A program made the translations under genes and the position numbers. A DNA stretch of 64,000 nt from Octopus vulgaris. Lineage: Eukaryota. Below are positions 38,967 through 52,559 of the stretch, one piece after another; the stretch's first letter is position 1; each line of letters opens with the position of its first letter. The notes below the pieces were generated by a model. It worked only from the letters and a program-made list of their open reading frames with translations, ran no database searches and was not told the DNA's origin. The stretch covers positions 51,274,001 through 51,338,000 of the forward strand of contig OX597831.1 in NCBI GenBank assembly GCA_951406725.2. Reading direction: 5' to 3'.

Positions 38967-40942
38967 AAGTAAGTTGGGGGTTGTAGATCCAACCCTCTAA
39001 GGGATAATACTTATCCAATATACTGTTGGTATACTACCCAAATTATTAATGCACAAGTGTTTTTAATTGCAATGCAACAAACTCACTTATTGTATTAAAT
39101 GGGTGAAGGTGAAGAAATATTTCACCATTAATTTATATTACAAATAAGAAAATGGAGAAATATATTAGTTGGTTTATCAGCTTTACGATATTAGAATGTT
39201 GCCTTATTTAATTATCAAAACTACAACCATAATAACATACATATATACAGTATAAAATTCAATACATTTAAGATAAGAATGCAAGTAGTTATTAAAAACA
39301 TTAATATAAATTGTTAGAATCATTAAAATCACTTACAGCTGTTTCAGCCTATGGAAAAAAGTAATTTTTTGTGCCTATACTTATCATGTTTTTAATAACT
39401 ACTTGTATTCTTGTCTTAAATGTATTGAATTTTATGCTGTATATATGTATGTTATTATGGTTGTAGTTTTGATGATTAAATAAGGCAACATTCTAATATC
39501 CTAAAGCTGATTAACCAACTAATGTGTTTCTCCATTTTCTTATTTGTAATATATATATATATATATATATTATTATTATTATATATATATATCAATGGTC
39601 TGCTAGTGAGCGGCCCCCTTAATTATCAGCTAACATCTTGTTTTAAGTTTTCCTTTACTAAACCTCATGATATTGCTTCTAATAAATCTTGATTTTTATG
39701 ACTATACCAACTATGATGTCTGTCTGCTCCCTCAGCCCTACCCCTAACAGATATTGCCCTCTGTTCTCTCAGCCTTAGATATACAGGGGATTTGATAAAC
39801 TAGTCTAGAAATTAAAACTGACCCCATAAAAACAAAAAATCAGTGACAGGCAGAGTCTGTAACAATGTATATCTTCTTGAAAATTCAGTAACTTCTAAAC
39901 TGGAGTGAGACAGCATGTTCTTTGTTTATCTCCTTAACTTCTTGGAAATTTTAGGTATAATTATACTAATGTGTCCATCTGTTCTAATTTAATTAAATTC
40001 TATGTCTTTGTACAACTGAAGATTGCTCTACATTTTAAATTGATGTAATGATTGCATTGTTCGATTAAATGGAGTTGCATGAAATGATCGTACTGCATTA
40101 CCTCTGGATATCCTTGTTGCTTATTTTGATTATATATATATATATATATATATGATATATATATATATATATATATATTACATCGATCCCAGTGCGTAAC
40201 TGGTACTTAATTTATCGACCCTGAAAGGATGAAAGACAAAGTCAACCTCAGTGGTATTTGAACTCAGAACGTAATGGCAGACGAAATACGGCTAAGCATT
40301 TCTGCCAGCTCGCCACCTTCTTTCAGTTTCTGCCTACCAAATCCACTCACAAGGCTTCGGTTTGCCTGAGGGTATAGTAGTAGGCACTTGCCTAAGGTGT
40401 TCTGTCATGAGTACTGAACCTGGAACCATGCCTGCACCTATATATATATAGTTTTATGTATTTTAGAAAAATGGCATTATTAAATATGAGACAATATCTA
40501 TTGTGCTAGAAATAACATAATATAGCAATAACCCTGTTCAATTGTCCAGGCATTCTTAGTTGAACTGCCTGAGGTGGTCCAAACAAGTGGCTGTATGATC
40601 ACCTATTGCAGACACCCTGAACCATGACAGTCAACAGATGGTTGCGGTAAGTGTGTGTGTGGGGGGGGGTTAAAGTGAATACAGTGGGGAGATGGGTGAA
40701 GGCTGTGATGAGATGTGGGGGAGAGATAGCAAGAGGGAGATATGAGATACACATTAAGAAGTTAAACTGACCTCAGCTGATCACAGTTGTTAGTCAATTT
40801 ATATTTACAAAACGGGACTTTTTTTCGTAACACCACTATTTTTGCTTTTAATTTCTACTGTAGGCAGAGCAATTTCTCAATGACACAGTCAAAGAACTGC
40901 AGACACAACATCAGGATGAAATCAGGTCAGTCTTTATTCTAG

Positions 40943-40978
<36 letters not shown>

Positions 40979-41277
40979 CACCGTAACCGACTAGGCTAAC
41001 AGATGTTGCTACACATCACTGGTCACAATGCGCTTCGCATTGTTTTAGCCTCCAAATAACGCCACCCCGCTGGTTAAGTGAGCAGGCCAACAGAAGAAAG
41101 AGTGACAGAAAGTTGTGGCAAAAGAGTACAGCAGGGATCGCCACCACCCCCTGCCAGAGCTGTGTGGAGCTTTAGGTGTTTTCGCTCAATAAACACTCAC
41201 AACACCCGATCTGGGAATCGAAACCGCAATCCTACAACTGCGAGTCCGCTGCCCTAACCACTGGGCCATTGCGCCTC

Positions 41278-41343
<66 letters not shown>

Positions 41344-41838
41344 GACACATACACACACATATATATCATTGTTGTCGTCATCGTCGCCCTCATTATCATC
41401 ATCATCATCATCTCATCATCATTTTAATGTCCACTTTTTCATGTATGCATGCATTGGACCGAGTTGGTTGATGTAGATTTCCTACTGTCATGTACCCTTC
41501 CTGTCACCAGCCTTCACTTGTTTCCAAGCGATGTAATACTTTCCAGGAGCCAGACATGTTTAGGCAGAATACTGGAAATTAGGGACACCGTTTGTATGAT
41601 AGATACACTCAATTGCAACTATTTCAAACTGTCCAGGCACACGCACACACACATGCACGTGCACATGCATATCATCATCATCATCATAGGAACACAAGCA
41701 CTTTCACATGACAGAACTTCTGCCTATCAAATAGATTAAGTCTACATCCCCAAGTAGTAGTTGTTGTACTACCACTGCTGCTGCTACAACTGCTGCTGCT
41801 GTATAATACTACTACTACTGCTGCTGCTGCTGCTACTG

Positions 41839-41873
<35 letters not shown>

Positions 41874-44800
41874 GTTAACTGTTCTTTTCAGGCAACCAGA
41901 AGTCACTGTTAGTAAAAGCTGTTATTATTTTTCCTTAATTTTTCTCAAGTAAAATTGAAGAAGAGCACTGCAGAGTTATCAAAGAAATTGAAGAGAACCA
42001 CAGAAACCAGTTTGAAAATTGCAAACAGGAAATGGAGTCTCAAATAGGTAAGACAACTGAGAAATGAATTTTATAAGTGGAGACCACTTAGTTTCCAGTT
42101 AGTACATGTGAGATAATCATCTCATCATAACATTTGATAGGATTATAAATTTGAATTTGAAATCAAGGAATAAGGGGAAAAGATGCAAACCTCCACAAAT
42201 AATTTGTTTGTTCATTTTTATAAATAAGAGCTCATGCTCTTGTTAGATTCATCAGTGTGGCTGGTTAGCTTTGACTGAGGAGGCACAATTAGGTCAAAAC
42301 ACCAGTGTCTTAAAGTCTCATTGCACCAGTGAATTGTGTGTGTTATGAAAACACATCATTTAAAAGGAGGAGGTGTCTTCTGATATTAAAAACAAAAGTG
42401 GTCAGATATTCCCACTTGAATCTGCCACAGCATATTAAGAATGAACAGATACACTATTATTAAAGTGGAAGGAAGTTATCTAGAAATTAGAGACTTGACT
42501 TGAATGCTTGCAGCACCATCTGTTCTCATTGCAAGCTTACAACAAGGAGCAGGTGGTGGTATGAAACTGAGCAATGGATTAAATCTACCACCTAAATTGG
42601 CCACAGTAGGATTTGAACTCTAAATGCAATGAACTGGAACAAATATCCTACTTCATATGCTATCAATCCCACCAGTTCACTGCTCTAGATAGGGACTTTG
42701 TGTATTGAATCAGGAAGGATGAAAGACAAGCAGTAGCTTAATCATCCTCAGATCATATTATAACATCCTAAATAAGGAAAAAACAAAAAAAGCATATTGA
42801 ATAATATTTTCCTGTATTTATGACCTGACTGGAGAGTCATGGCTGGAACACTTTCAATCATAGGTCTGCTTCATCAGAACTGACCTGGGATTTAATAGCA
42901 ACAGCAATAAACCGTGTATATTATTTCCATTAAAAAAATCCATGGTCCAAGGAAACTGTATTGAAGCATAGTGATATGTGCTTCAATAGGCCAATGACCA
43001 CACAAAATATAAAGTTACCTTCTCGAGTTATGCCAACTCACAAGGGTCAGTTTCCCAGTATCATGGCACATATTCCACACATGGATGGGATGCCAGTCCT
43101 TCACAGGAATACTCATTTTTTCCAGCTGAGTGGCCTGGAGCAATGTGAAATGAAGCGTTTTACTCAAGAACACGATGCATTGCCCTGTCCAGGAATCGAA
43201 ACCACAATCTTATGATCATGAGTCCAATACCTTAACCACTAAGCCACATGCTTCCACAGGCCAATGAACACATGGTGTTTACTCTTTTCCACATGGGGTG
43301 TCAACATTACTGTGTGAGAAGCAGGTAGTTTAGTCACTGACGCCTCAATCATGAGACAGGTTGGGTGTCAGTAGTTAGTGGAACATGGCTTATATAGTAT
43401 TTATCTTCAATTCATTTATGTATGTCCCCACATTTGAAACATTTGTATGAGATATTTTTTTTTATTTCCATGTCTTTGTATATTTGGTATCCTGTTAAAA
43501 ATGCAGAAAGCTTGAAAGAACGTAATTCCTCTCTCCAGAGTGCTTTCAATTCATACCAAGCTACTCTTCTAGAAGAAATGGAAAAGGAATGGTCTTATAA
43601 GCAGCAAGAGCTCTATAAGAAGTTAGAGGCAGAATATCAAGAGCAAATCAATGCTTTGCGTTAGTATAAAATACTAACAACCTGATGTGATGTTTTGTTA
43701 CCTACATCTAATAATATCCACTAACACTTTAATGATGTATTTTGTCCTCTAGATCAGTGTTTCTCATGAAAGGAGATGGTATCCCCCTCCATGGGTGGGC
43801 ATCTGGGGATTGGATTGAAAAAGGAGTGGACTTATTGCCAAGTTTATATTGCAAAGAATTATATGGATGGAAATTCTATTATGTCTCCTTATAAATAAAA
43901 TGGATAAAAATTTCCTTTTTATTTTTGTGAGAGGCTGTTATTTGTTTGATTGAGAACCACTGCTCTAGATTACTAACATGGATTAACATTTACTAATAAA
44001 AATAATTATGTTGATGAATAATATTATTGTATGAGTGGTAAGGCAGTGAGCTCGCTGAATCGTTAGGATGCTGGGCGAAATGCTTAGTGGCCTTTGGTTC
44101 ATCTTTATACCCTGAGTTCAAATTCTGCTAAGGTCGACTTTGCCTTTCATCCTTTCGGGGTTGATAAAATAAGTACCAGTCAAGCACCGGGGTTGATGTA
44201 ATTGACTTCCCCATTCCACACCAAACTTGCCGGCCTTGTGCCAAAATTTGAAGCCAATATTACTGTATGTGCATGTGTGTGTGTGTGTGTGTGTGAGAAA
44301 GAGAGAGAGAGAGATTGGTGTTATAAACTTGGAATCAGAAATACATTTTGGTAACAAACATGCTTTATCAATTAATACCAAAATAATTACCATTGGTATA
44401 GCTGTTATGATACAAGGCTTTATCAGTGAATGCTACTAACATAATTGCAATCAGTGTGACCATTAATGCACAAGGCTTTTAATCAAAAGGATTGACTGTT
44501 GTATCATTTAACCTTTTTGCATCAACCCATATGCAATCTCCACAATTCCTATAACCATTTTAGTGTTTATATTTAATTAAATCTGTGTTAGTAAAAATTT
44601 TGTGTAAGAATATTTTTGTTTAGTTGTGTTCAGTATTTATATATATAACATCCACTTTTCCATACCTTGCGTGGGGCGGACAGAATACATTGAAGCAGAT
44701 TTTTCGATGGCTAGATACCTTTCCAGTCACCAATCATCACCTGTTCCACACCTCCCACATGCACCCGTGTGTGTGTAGTCAAAATGTTGTGATAGCCAGA

Positions 44801-47800
44801 AAGTAAAAGAAGTTGTGTGTGTGTGTGCATGTGCATGCACACATGAGTGTGTGTGCCTTCAATTTCAGGATTTCTATAAAAATATACCTTCCTTGGGGAA
44901 ATATTACCTGACAGGTAAGTGTTGGCATTAGGGGAAATATTACTTATGACAGGTAAGGATTGGCAACACAAGTTCAATTAATGCATGGAAAAGTGGTTAT
45001 TAAAATGATGATGATGGTCATGGTTGTTGTGGTCATTGTCGTTGTCATGGTGGCAGTGGTGACATCGACAATGACAAACATGTTTGCCAATGTAGAAAAA
45101 TCATCAGTGTGTACAAAGTACTTTGACATATTTAGCATTAACTTAACATTATGTGTGAAGACACACATATATATACATGTACAAACATGTGTGTATACGT
45201 GCACCTTTGTCTGTGTGTGGGTCTGTGCATGTTTGAAAATTTTCAAAAAACTTTTCAGAAAATTTTGATGAAAATTTTCAAAAAACTTTTCAGAAAATTT
45301 TGAAGAAAATTTTCAAAAAACTTTTCAGAAAATGTTGATGAAAATTTCCAAAAAATTTTTTATAAAATTTTAATGAAAATTTTCAAAAAATTTTTTATAA
45401 AATTTTAATGAAAATTTTCAAAAAACTTTTCAGAAAATTTTGATGAAAATTTTCAAAAAACTTTTCAGAAAATTTTAATGAAACTTTTCAAAAAAAATTT
45501 CAGAAAATTTTGATGAAAATTTTCAAAAAACTTTCGAAAAAATTTTTTTTTTGTTACGTTTCAGCTCGGAGCTGCGGCCATGCTGATGCACCGCCATTTT
45601 GTGCGACACTTATTACTTGGAGCCTCATCTAATATGTGGCAAATGGAGTTTGATCAGAAAATTTTAATGAAAATTTTCCAAAAATTTTAAAGAAAATTTT
45701 GCTGAAAATTTTCAAAAAAGTGTTGAGAAAATTTTAATGAAAATTTTCAAAAACTTTTCAGAAAATTTTGATGAAAATTTTCAGAAAGTTTTGATGAAAA
45801 TATTCAAAAAATTTTCAGCAATTTTGTTGAAAGTTTTCAAAAAACTTTTCTGAAAAATTTTTTGAAAATTTTCATCAACATTTCTGATCAAGTGCCACAT
45901 ATTAGATGAGGCTCCTAGTAATAAGTGTCGCACAAAATGGCGGTGCATCAGCATGGCCGCAGCTCCGAGCTGAAACTTAACAAAAAAAAAAATTTTTTCG
46001 AAAATTTTTCGAAAATTTTCATCAAAATTTTCTGAAATTTTTTTTGAAAAGTTTCATTAACATTTTCTGAAAAGGTTTTTGAAAATTTTCATCGAAATTT
46101 TATAAAAAATTTTTTGAAAATTTTCATCAACATTTTCTGAAAAGTTTTTTGAAAATTTTCATCAAAATTTTCTGAAAAGTTTTCTGAAAATTTTCATCAA
46201 AATTTTCTGAAAAGTTTTTGGATAATTTTCATGAAAATTTTCTCAACACTTTTTTGAAAATTTTCAGCAAAATTTTCTTTAAAATTTTTGGAAAATTTTC
46301 ATTAAAATTTTCTGATCAAACTCCATTCTTCATCAAGTGCCACATATTAGATGAGGCTCCTAGTAATAAGTGTCGCACAAAATGGCGGTGCATCAGCATG
46401 GTCGCAGCTCCGAGCTGAAACGTAACAAAACAAAAAATTTTTTTCGAAAATTTTCATCAAAATTTTCTGAAATTTTTTTTGAAATGTGTCATTAAAATTT
46501 TCAGAAAATTTTCAAAAAACTTTTCAGAAAATGTTGATGAAAATTTTCAAAAAACTTTTCAGAAAATTTTAATGAAACTTTTCAAAAAAAATTTCAGAAA
46601 ATTTTGATGAAAATTTTCAAAAATCTTTTCAGAAAGTTTTTATGAAAATTTCACAAAAAGCTTTTCAGAAAATTTTGATGAAAACTTTCAAAGAATTTGG
46701 ATGCACCGCCATTTTGTGCGACACTTATTACTCGGAGCCTCATCTAATATGTGGCACTTGATGAAGAATGGAGTTTGATCAGAAAAAATTGATGAAAATT
46801 TTCAAAAAACTTTTCAGAAAATTTTGATGAATATTTCAAAACACTTTTCAGAAAATTTTGATGAAAATTTTCAAAAAACTTTTCAGAAAATTTTGATTAA
46901 AATTTTCAAAAATCTTTTCAGAAAGTTTTTATGAAAATTTCACAAAAAGCTTTTCAGAAAATTTGATGAAAACTTTCAAAAAACCTTTTTATTTTTTCTT
47001 AAGTTTCAGCACAGGGCTGTGGCCATGCTGATGCACTGCCGTTTTGCGTAACACTGTTATTACACAGCCACTCCTGCACCTATTAACTGTTGATATTTTC
47101 ACTGTAAAATTATATTAGATATTATAAGTACCAATTTGAAATGGAAAACAGCAACATGCAATGATGACAGTGAGATGATTAGAGCAGTTGCTCTTTTCCG
47201 TCTCAAATTTATGCTTGTAGTGTCCAATTCTAAAGAGAGGAAAAGTTAGAAAAATTTGTTCTTTCCTCATAACATCATTGTTTTCTTCAAATTTTTAGGA
47301 GAACGCCTTGAAAATGAGAAGGAGTCAGAAATCGATAATTTGATGAAAGAACATCGTGAGCAAGAGGAGCAACTGAAAAAGGAACATGGTGAAAAACTTG
47401 AGGTGTATACTTTTTTTTGATTTTCTTTAAAGTATTTCATTGCCTTTTTTGATTTTATAATGCTATACAATATTATAAGTGGAGGCACGTGGCTTAGTGG
47501 TTAGGGTGTTGGACTCATGATCATAAGATTGTTGTTTCGATTCCTGGACTGGGCGATGCGTGGTGTTCTTGAGCAAAACACTTCATTTCTCGTTGCTCCA
47601 GTCCACTCAGCTGGCATAAATGAGTAACGCTGCAATGGACTGGCGTCCCGTCGAGTTGGGGAACACATATGCCATAGAAACCGGGAAACCAGGCCCATGA
47701 GCCTGGCTAGGCTATAAAAGGGCGCATTTATTTATTTATATAAAATTTTAATATTATACAATTGAGAAAAGATTGATTGTTACACAAAACTGTTTCTCTT

Positions 47801-49383
47801 TGACTTTAAAATTGACTCCCTGAGACAACAAGAGAATGAGAAAATAGATAATGCAAGGTTATAATAATGACATGAAGCTGATTTAAGCTGATGGAGTTAA
47901 GTGTCTGAGGAAGGAACCAGCCATATGCTGGAGAAACTCCAGACACTTAATTTCATCTTTTTAGAGCAGCTTCATGCCAAGAGAAGAAATCATTATTATA
48001 CTCATGCTTTATCTATTTCTATCAGTGCATACAGGAATCCATCCATCCATCCATCCATCCATACATGCATACATACATACATACATACATACATACACAC
48101 ATACACACACACATCCCACTGTTGCCAAGTGATAATGATATGAGAAATTGAATTCCTAAAGGTTTCCATAGTGCTCAAGATCTCTTGAAGTTGTTGTTGT
48201 CGTTGTTGTCATTGTCATCATCATTTAACGCCCCTTTTCCCATACTGGCATGGGTTGAATGGGTTCAACAGGAATCAACAAGGCAGTGAGCTGCAGTAAA
48301 CTCCTACATCTGCTTTGGATGTCTTCCCTAACACCAATCACTTTACAGAGTATATTGGAGTGCTATTTTCATGGCATCAGCACTGGTGAGGTCACCAAGT
48401 ACTTGCAAGACAAGACTCCTCAACTTAATGGAGTATAGTATTGAAGGAGGTGAAAGTATCCCAAAAGGACAGAAAGTGGTGTCTTGCTGAAGAGGTGAAT
48501 ACATGTCTCACCCAGCTGGGGGGAGGGAGTTGGAGAGAGAGAGAGAAAGAGATAGAGATAGATATCGGCAATGGATATGCCACATTACTCAGATCCAGTC
48601 ATGGGATACTAACCATTGACTCTTTGGCTAGAATTTCGACTAACCTGGTTACTTGTAATTCAATCTCTCAATTGAAAATTTTTGAAAAAGAAAAGCAAGT
48701 GAATCAAATTTTCTGAGATGTGATATATCATTATTAAACACTGATATATTTAGATTAGTATCCTCATCTTAGTTGTTACAGTTATGAAATTTGGGGCCAT
48801 TGATAAAGCGTAGTAGTTTAGCTAGTGGGTGTTAGTTCAATTCTTGGGTTAGTCAAAACACTATATACTCTGGCTCAAGCTACATGGCAAATAGGAGAAT
48901 ATCCTTGGTGTAGACAATGAAAAGAAAACAAACTACTCTTGTGAATTTAAAAAAGGGTTCGATTCAAAATCTTGAGAATGTTACCAAAAATGACAAGCAC
49001 CTGAAGAATGCTAGAGGGTACAATGGTTGAAATGTTGTGGCTCTAACAAACAAAATGAGAATGCTAGATCAAATATATCACTGTATAATAATGGTTTTAA
49101 ATTTTGGTACAAGGTCAATAATTTTAGGCCAAGTGATAGTCAAGTGCCTCAATGCCAGTACCCAACTGGTACATATTTTACCGACCCAGAAAGGATGAAA
49201 GTTAAAGTTGACCATGACAGAATTTCCAGTGCTATGTAAAAATCATTCCGTAAAGTGGTTAGCATTAGAAAGGGTATCAAGCTGTAGAAACCATGCCAAA
49301 ACAGACAACTGAAGCCAGGTGCAGCCCTCCAGCTCCTGTCAAACCGTCCAAGCTATGCCAGCATGGAAAACAGACATTAAATA

Positions 49384-49415
<32 letters not shown>

Positions 49416-50550
49416 GATGATGATAATGATGATGATGATGACAATTATTGTAAAGGATCAGAAAAATTGCTGTTAAGCATTTAGTCTGACATGCTAATGG
49501 TTCTGCTTCTATCCACCTTATAGCACTATGTAATGAAAATCAACATGTAATATTTAATTCTAGTGATATAGCTACATATCTATATATCTGTGTGATGGTT
49601 GTTTATTACAGTCAATGGCGCAATACTATTACAATGTGATGGAAGAATTAAAAGAAATGAATTCTCTGAAACATAAACTTAAAGTAAGTAGTTACTGTGA
49701 TGTTGTTGTTGTTGTTGTTGCATGTATGTCCTCTATGGTTGTTGCTGCCCTAGTTATGTTGAAAATCTTGTATCTTTTACATGGTTCAGTCATTAGACTG
49801 CAGCCGTGCTGGGATACCACCTGGAGGAGTTTATTTTAGTCAAATGAATCAACCCGAGTACTTTTTTTTTTTGGAAAGTCTAGTGCTTATTCTATCAGTC
49901 TCTTTTGCCTTTAGTCAAGCAAATCGACCCCAGGACTCATTTTTTGTAAGCCTAGTACTTATTCTAGCGGTCTGTTTTGACGAACCGCTAAGTTACGGGG
50001 ATGTAAACACACCAGCATCGGTTGTCAAGCGATGTTGGGGGGACAAACACAGACAAACATATATACACACACACACTCACACATACACATACACGACAGG
50101 CTTCTTTCAGTTTCTGTCTACCAAATCCACTGACAAGGCTTTGGTTGGTCCTAAGCTATAGTAGAAGACACTTCCCTAAGGTGTCACACAGTGGGACTGA
50201 ACTTGGAACGATGTGGTTGGTAAGAAAGCTACTTACTACACAGCCACTCCTGCGCCTCTGATGAAATATTTCTAAATTGATAATTCATTTTTTATGTGAA
50301 GTAACAAAGCTTTAGGCAAATAACTTACACTGGTTCAAGTCTAACGTATAATGGTTGATGCTTTACTGTTTGAGGACAGGGAGGGAAATGAAACAATTGG
50401 GAATAGCTGTTTGGACGCTGACAATATGGTATGGCTGGCTGGATGTTCAGCTTGTTTTGTTTTGACAACAGTTCTTTTTGATGCTGGAAACAAACACACA
50501 CATACACATGTACGTGTGCATACACAGAAATACACATATTCAGAGAGAAA

Positions 50551-50617
<67 letters not shown>

Positions 50618-52061
50618 GCACACACACACACACACACACACATTACAAATTATTAATTGAATATGATTGACATAGAGATTTTCCGTCTCCTTGTACACAT
50701 AAAGAGAAACATGCTGACACACATAGAGAGAGAGAGAGAAAGAGAGTGAGAGAGAGAGAGGAGGAAGGGAGAGAGAGGGAGGGAGGGAGAAAGGGGAGAG
50801 AACAAGGAAAACATTGCAAAGTCTGATGTCAAATAAGTCAGCACTGAATCAGTGATACCAAATAGGTGATGCCAAAACAGCTGTGCCAAAATATTGGGGG
50901 GGGGGGGGGGTTTATACCATAATTGGTTAATTGGTTGCATGAAGTAGTTATATTAAAAGTCAGTCAAGAAAATAGATGAGATAACACAGTATTCACATGA
51001 ATGGAGAAACAACATGACATGTTGCGGATCTGTTCTCTAAAAACATGAGCATTAAAATGAAAAAAAGCAGTGATAGTGATGAAGCTTACCAGTTGTCAAT
51101 CTAGAATGATGACAGTAAGAGCAGCAAGCTTTCTGCAATGAAAATGATTGATTTTTAATTGATTGGTTGAATGTTGAGTAGTGACTGGAAGAGGATGATC
51201 AGAAATACAAGTGGCTGCAATGGGGTTCCATTGAAAAGATCTCTGGAGTAATGTTGACAGGATGTATAGCTGAAATCGGGGGATCTCTCCAGGTGAAGCC
51301 ATTACTTGGCATTGAGAGGTCACAGTTTTGACACTGTGAACATGTGATTAGAATACTGCAGGAAAGAATTGCAAGACAGTCTTCAAGCTGAGCCATTTGG
51401 CAGGAGACCTAAGGGTTAGCCAAGAACAAGAGGGTTGGATAATATCCATTATCTCCCGCCGGAGAGACGTTAATGCTGCCTTTATAAATGGCGGTGCATT
51501 AGCATGGCTGCAGCTCTGAGCTGAAGCTAGAGAGAAAAAAAAAATGGTCACACTTGAAAATCCAGCAGGAAAGTTTAATGGTTGTTGATTTTGATAGGCC
51601 CCTATGGAGAAAGTGCCTGAGGGCTCTACCCCCATGACCCTTGCATGAATAGTATGTGGTGAAAGGTTGGATAGTTGATTTTAATTGATTCAATGAGCAC
51701 TGCCTCAAATGTCAAATGTCACCTCACCACTCCTCATACCACACAAACTGTATCTCATTTCATAAATTCTATTAACTGATTTTCATATTCTTTATACTGT
51801 TTTTTGAATCTGACTTGAAAGTTTCCTGAATATAGGGAACATAGAAGTTGGTCAATATGATATTATAACTTGGCCGTACCTGATATTATAACTGCAAGTA
51901 GCTATGTTCTATATTATCATATGATACATTTAATTTTAGAATACGCAGATGGAACTTGAATTCTTAAAAGATTCTCATGCTGACCTTCAAAAGCATTTTA
52001 ACACCATGAACAAGGAATTTACCAATACTGTAAGTATTTATCAACATCTATGCCCACACAT

Positions 52062-52121
<60 letters not shown>

Positions 52122-52516
52122 ATGATGGGCTGGCTTCTTTTAGTTTCTGTTTACCAAATCCACTCACAAGGCTTTGGTCAGCCTGGGTCAGTAGCAGAAG
52201 ATATTTGCCCAAGATGCCATGCAGTGGAACTGAACCTGGAACCATGTGTTTGGAATGCAAACTTCTTATCACACAGCCACACCTTCACTCATTAGACCTG
52301 AAAATTATGTAATTATTCTATATTCTGAGTTAAAACCCTGCTGATTGGATTTGTTTTTCATTCCTCTGGATTAGATAAAATAAGTACTAATAATTATTCA
52401 ATTGACTATATTCCATCACCTGCAAAAATTACCCTTATGTTTGATTAAAAGAAATCAGTATATCAATACTGTTATACTTGGGGATGGTCATGCTATTTAT
52501 TTGATCTTCATTTTAG

Positions 52517-52559
<43 letters not shown>

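Noticed and set aside
45232-47063. CRISPR-like repeat/spacer appearance
   Set aside because: The repeats are tandem without unique spacers, the interspersed units are copies of one another, the context is a eukaryotic intron and there are no cas genes.
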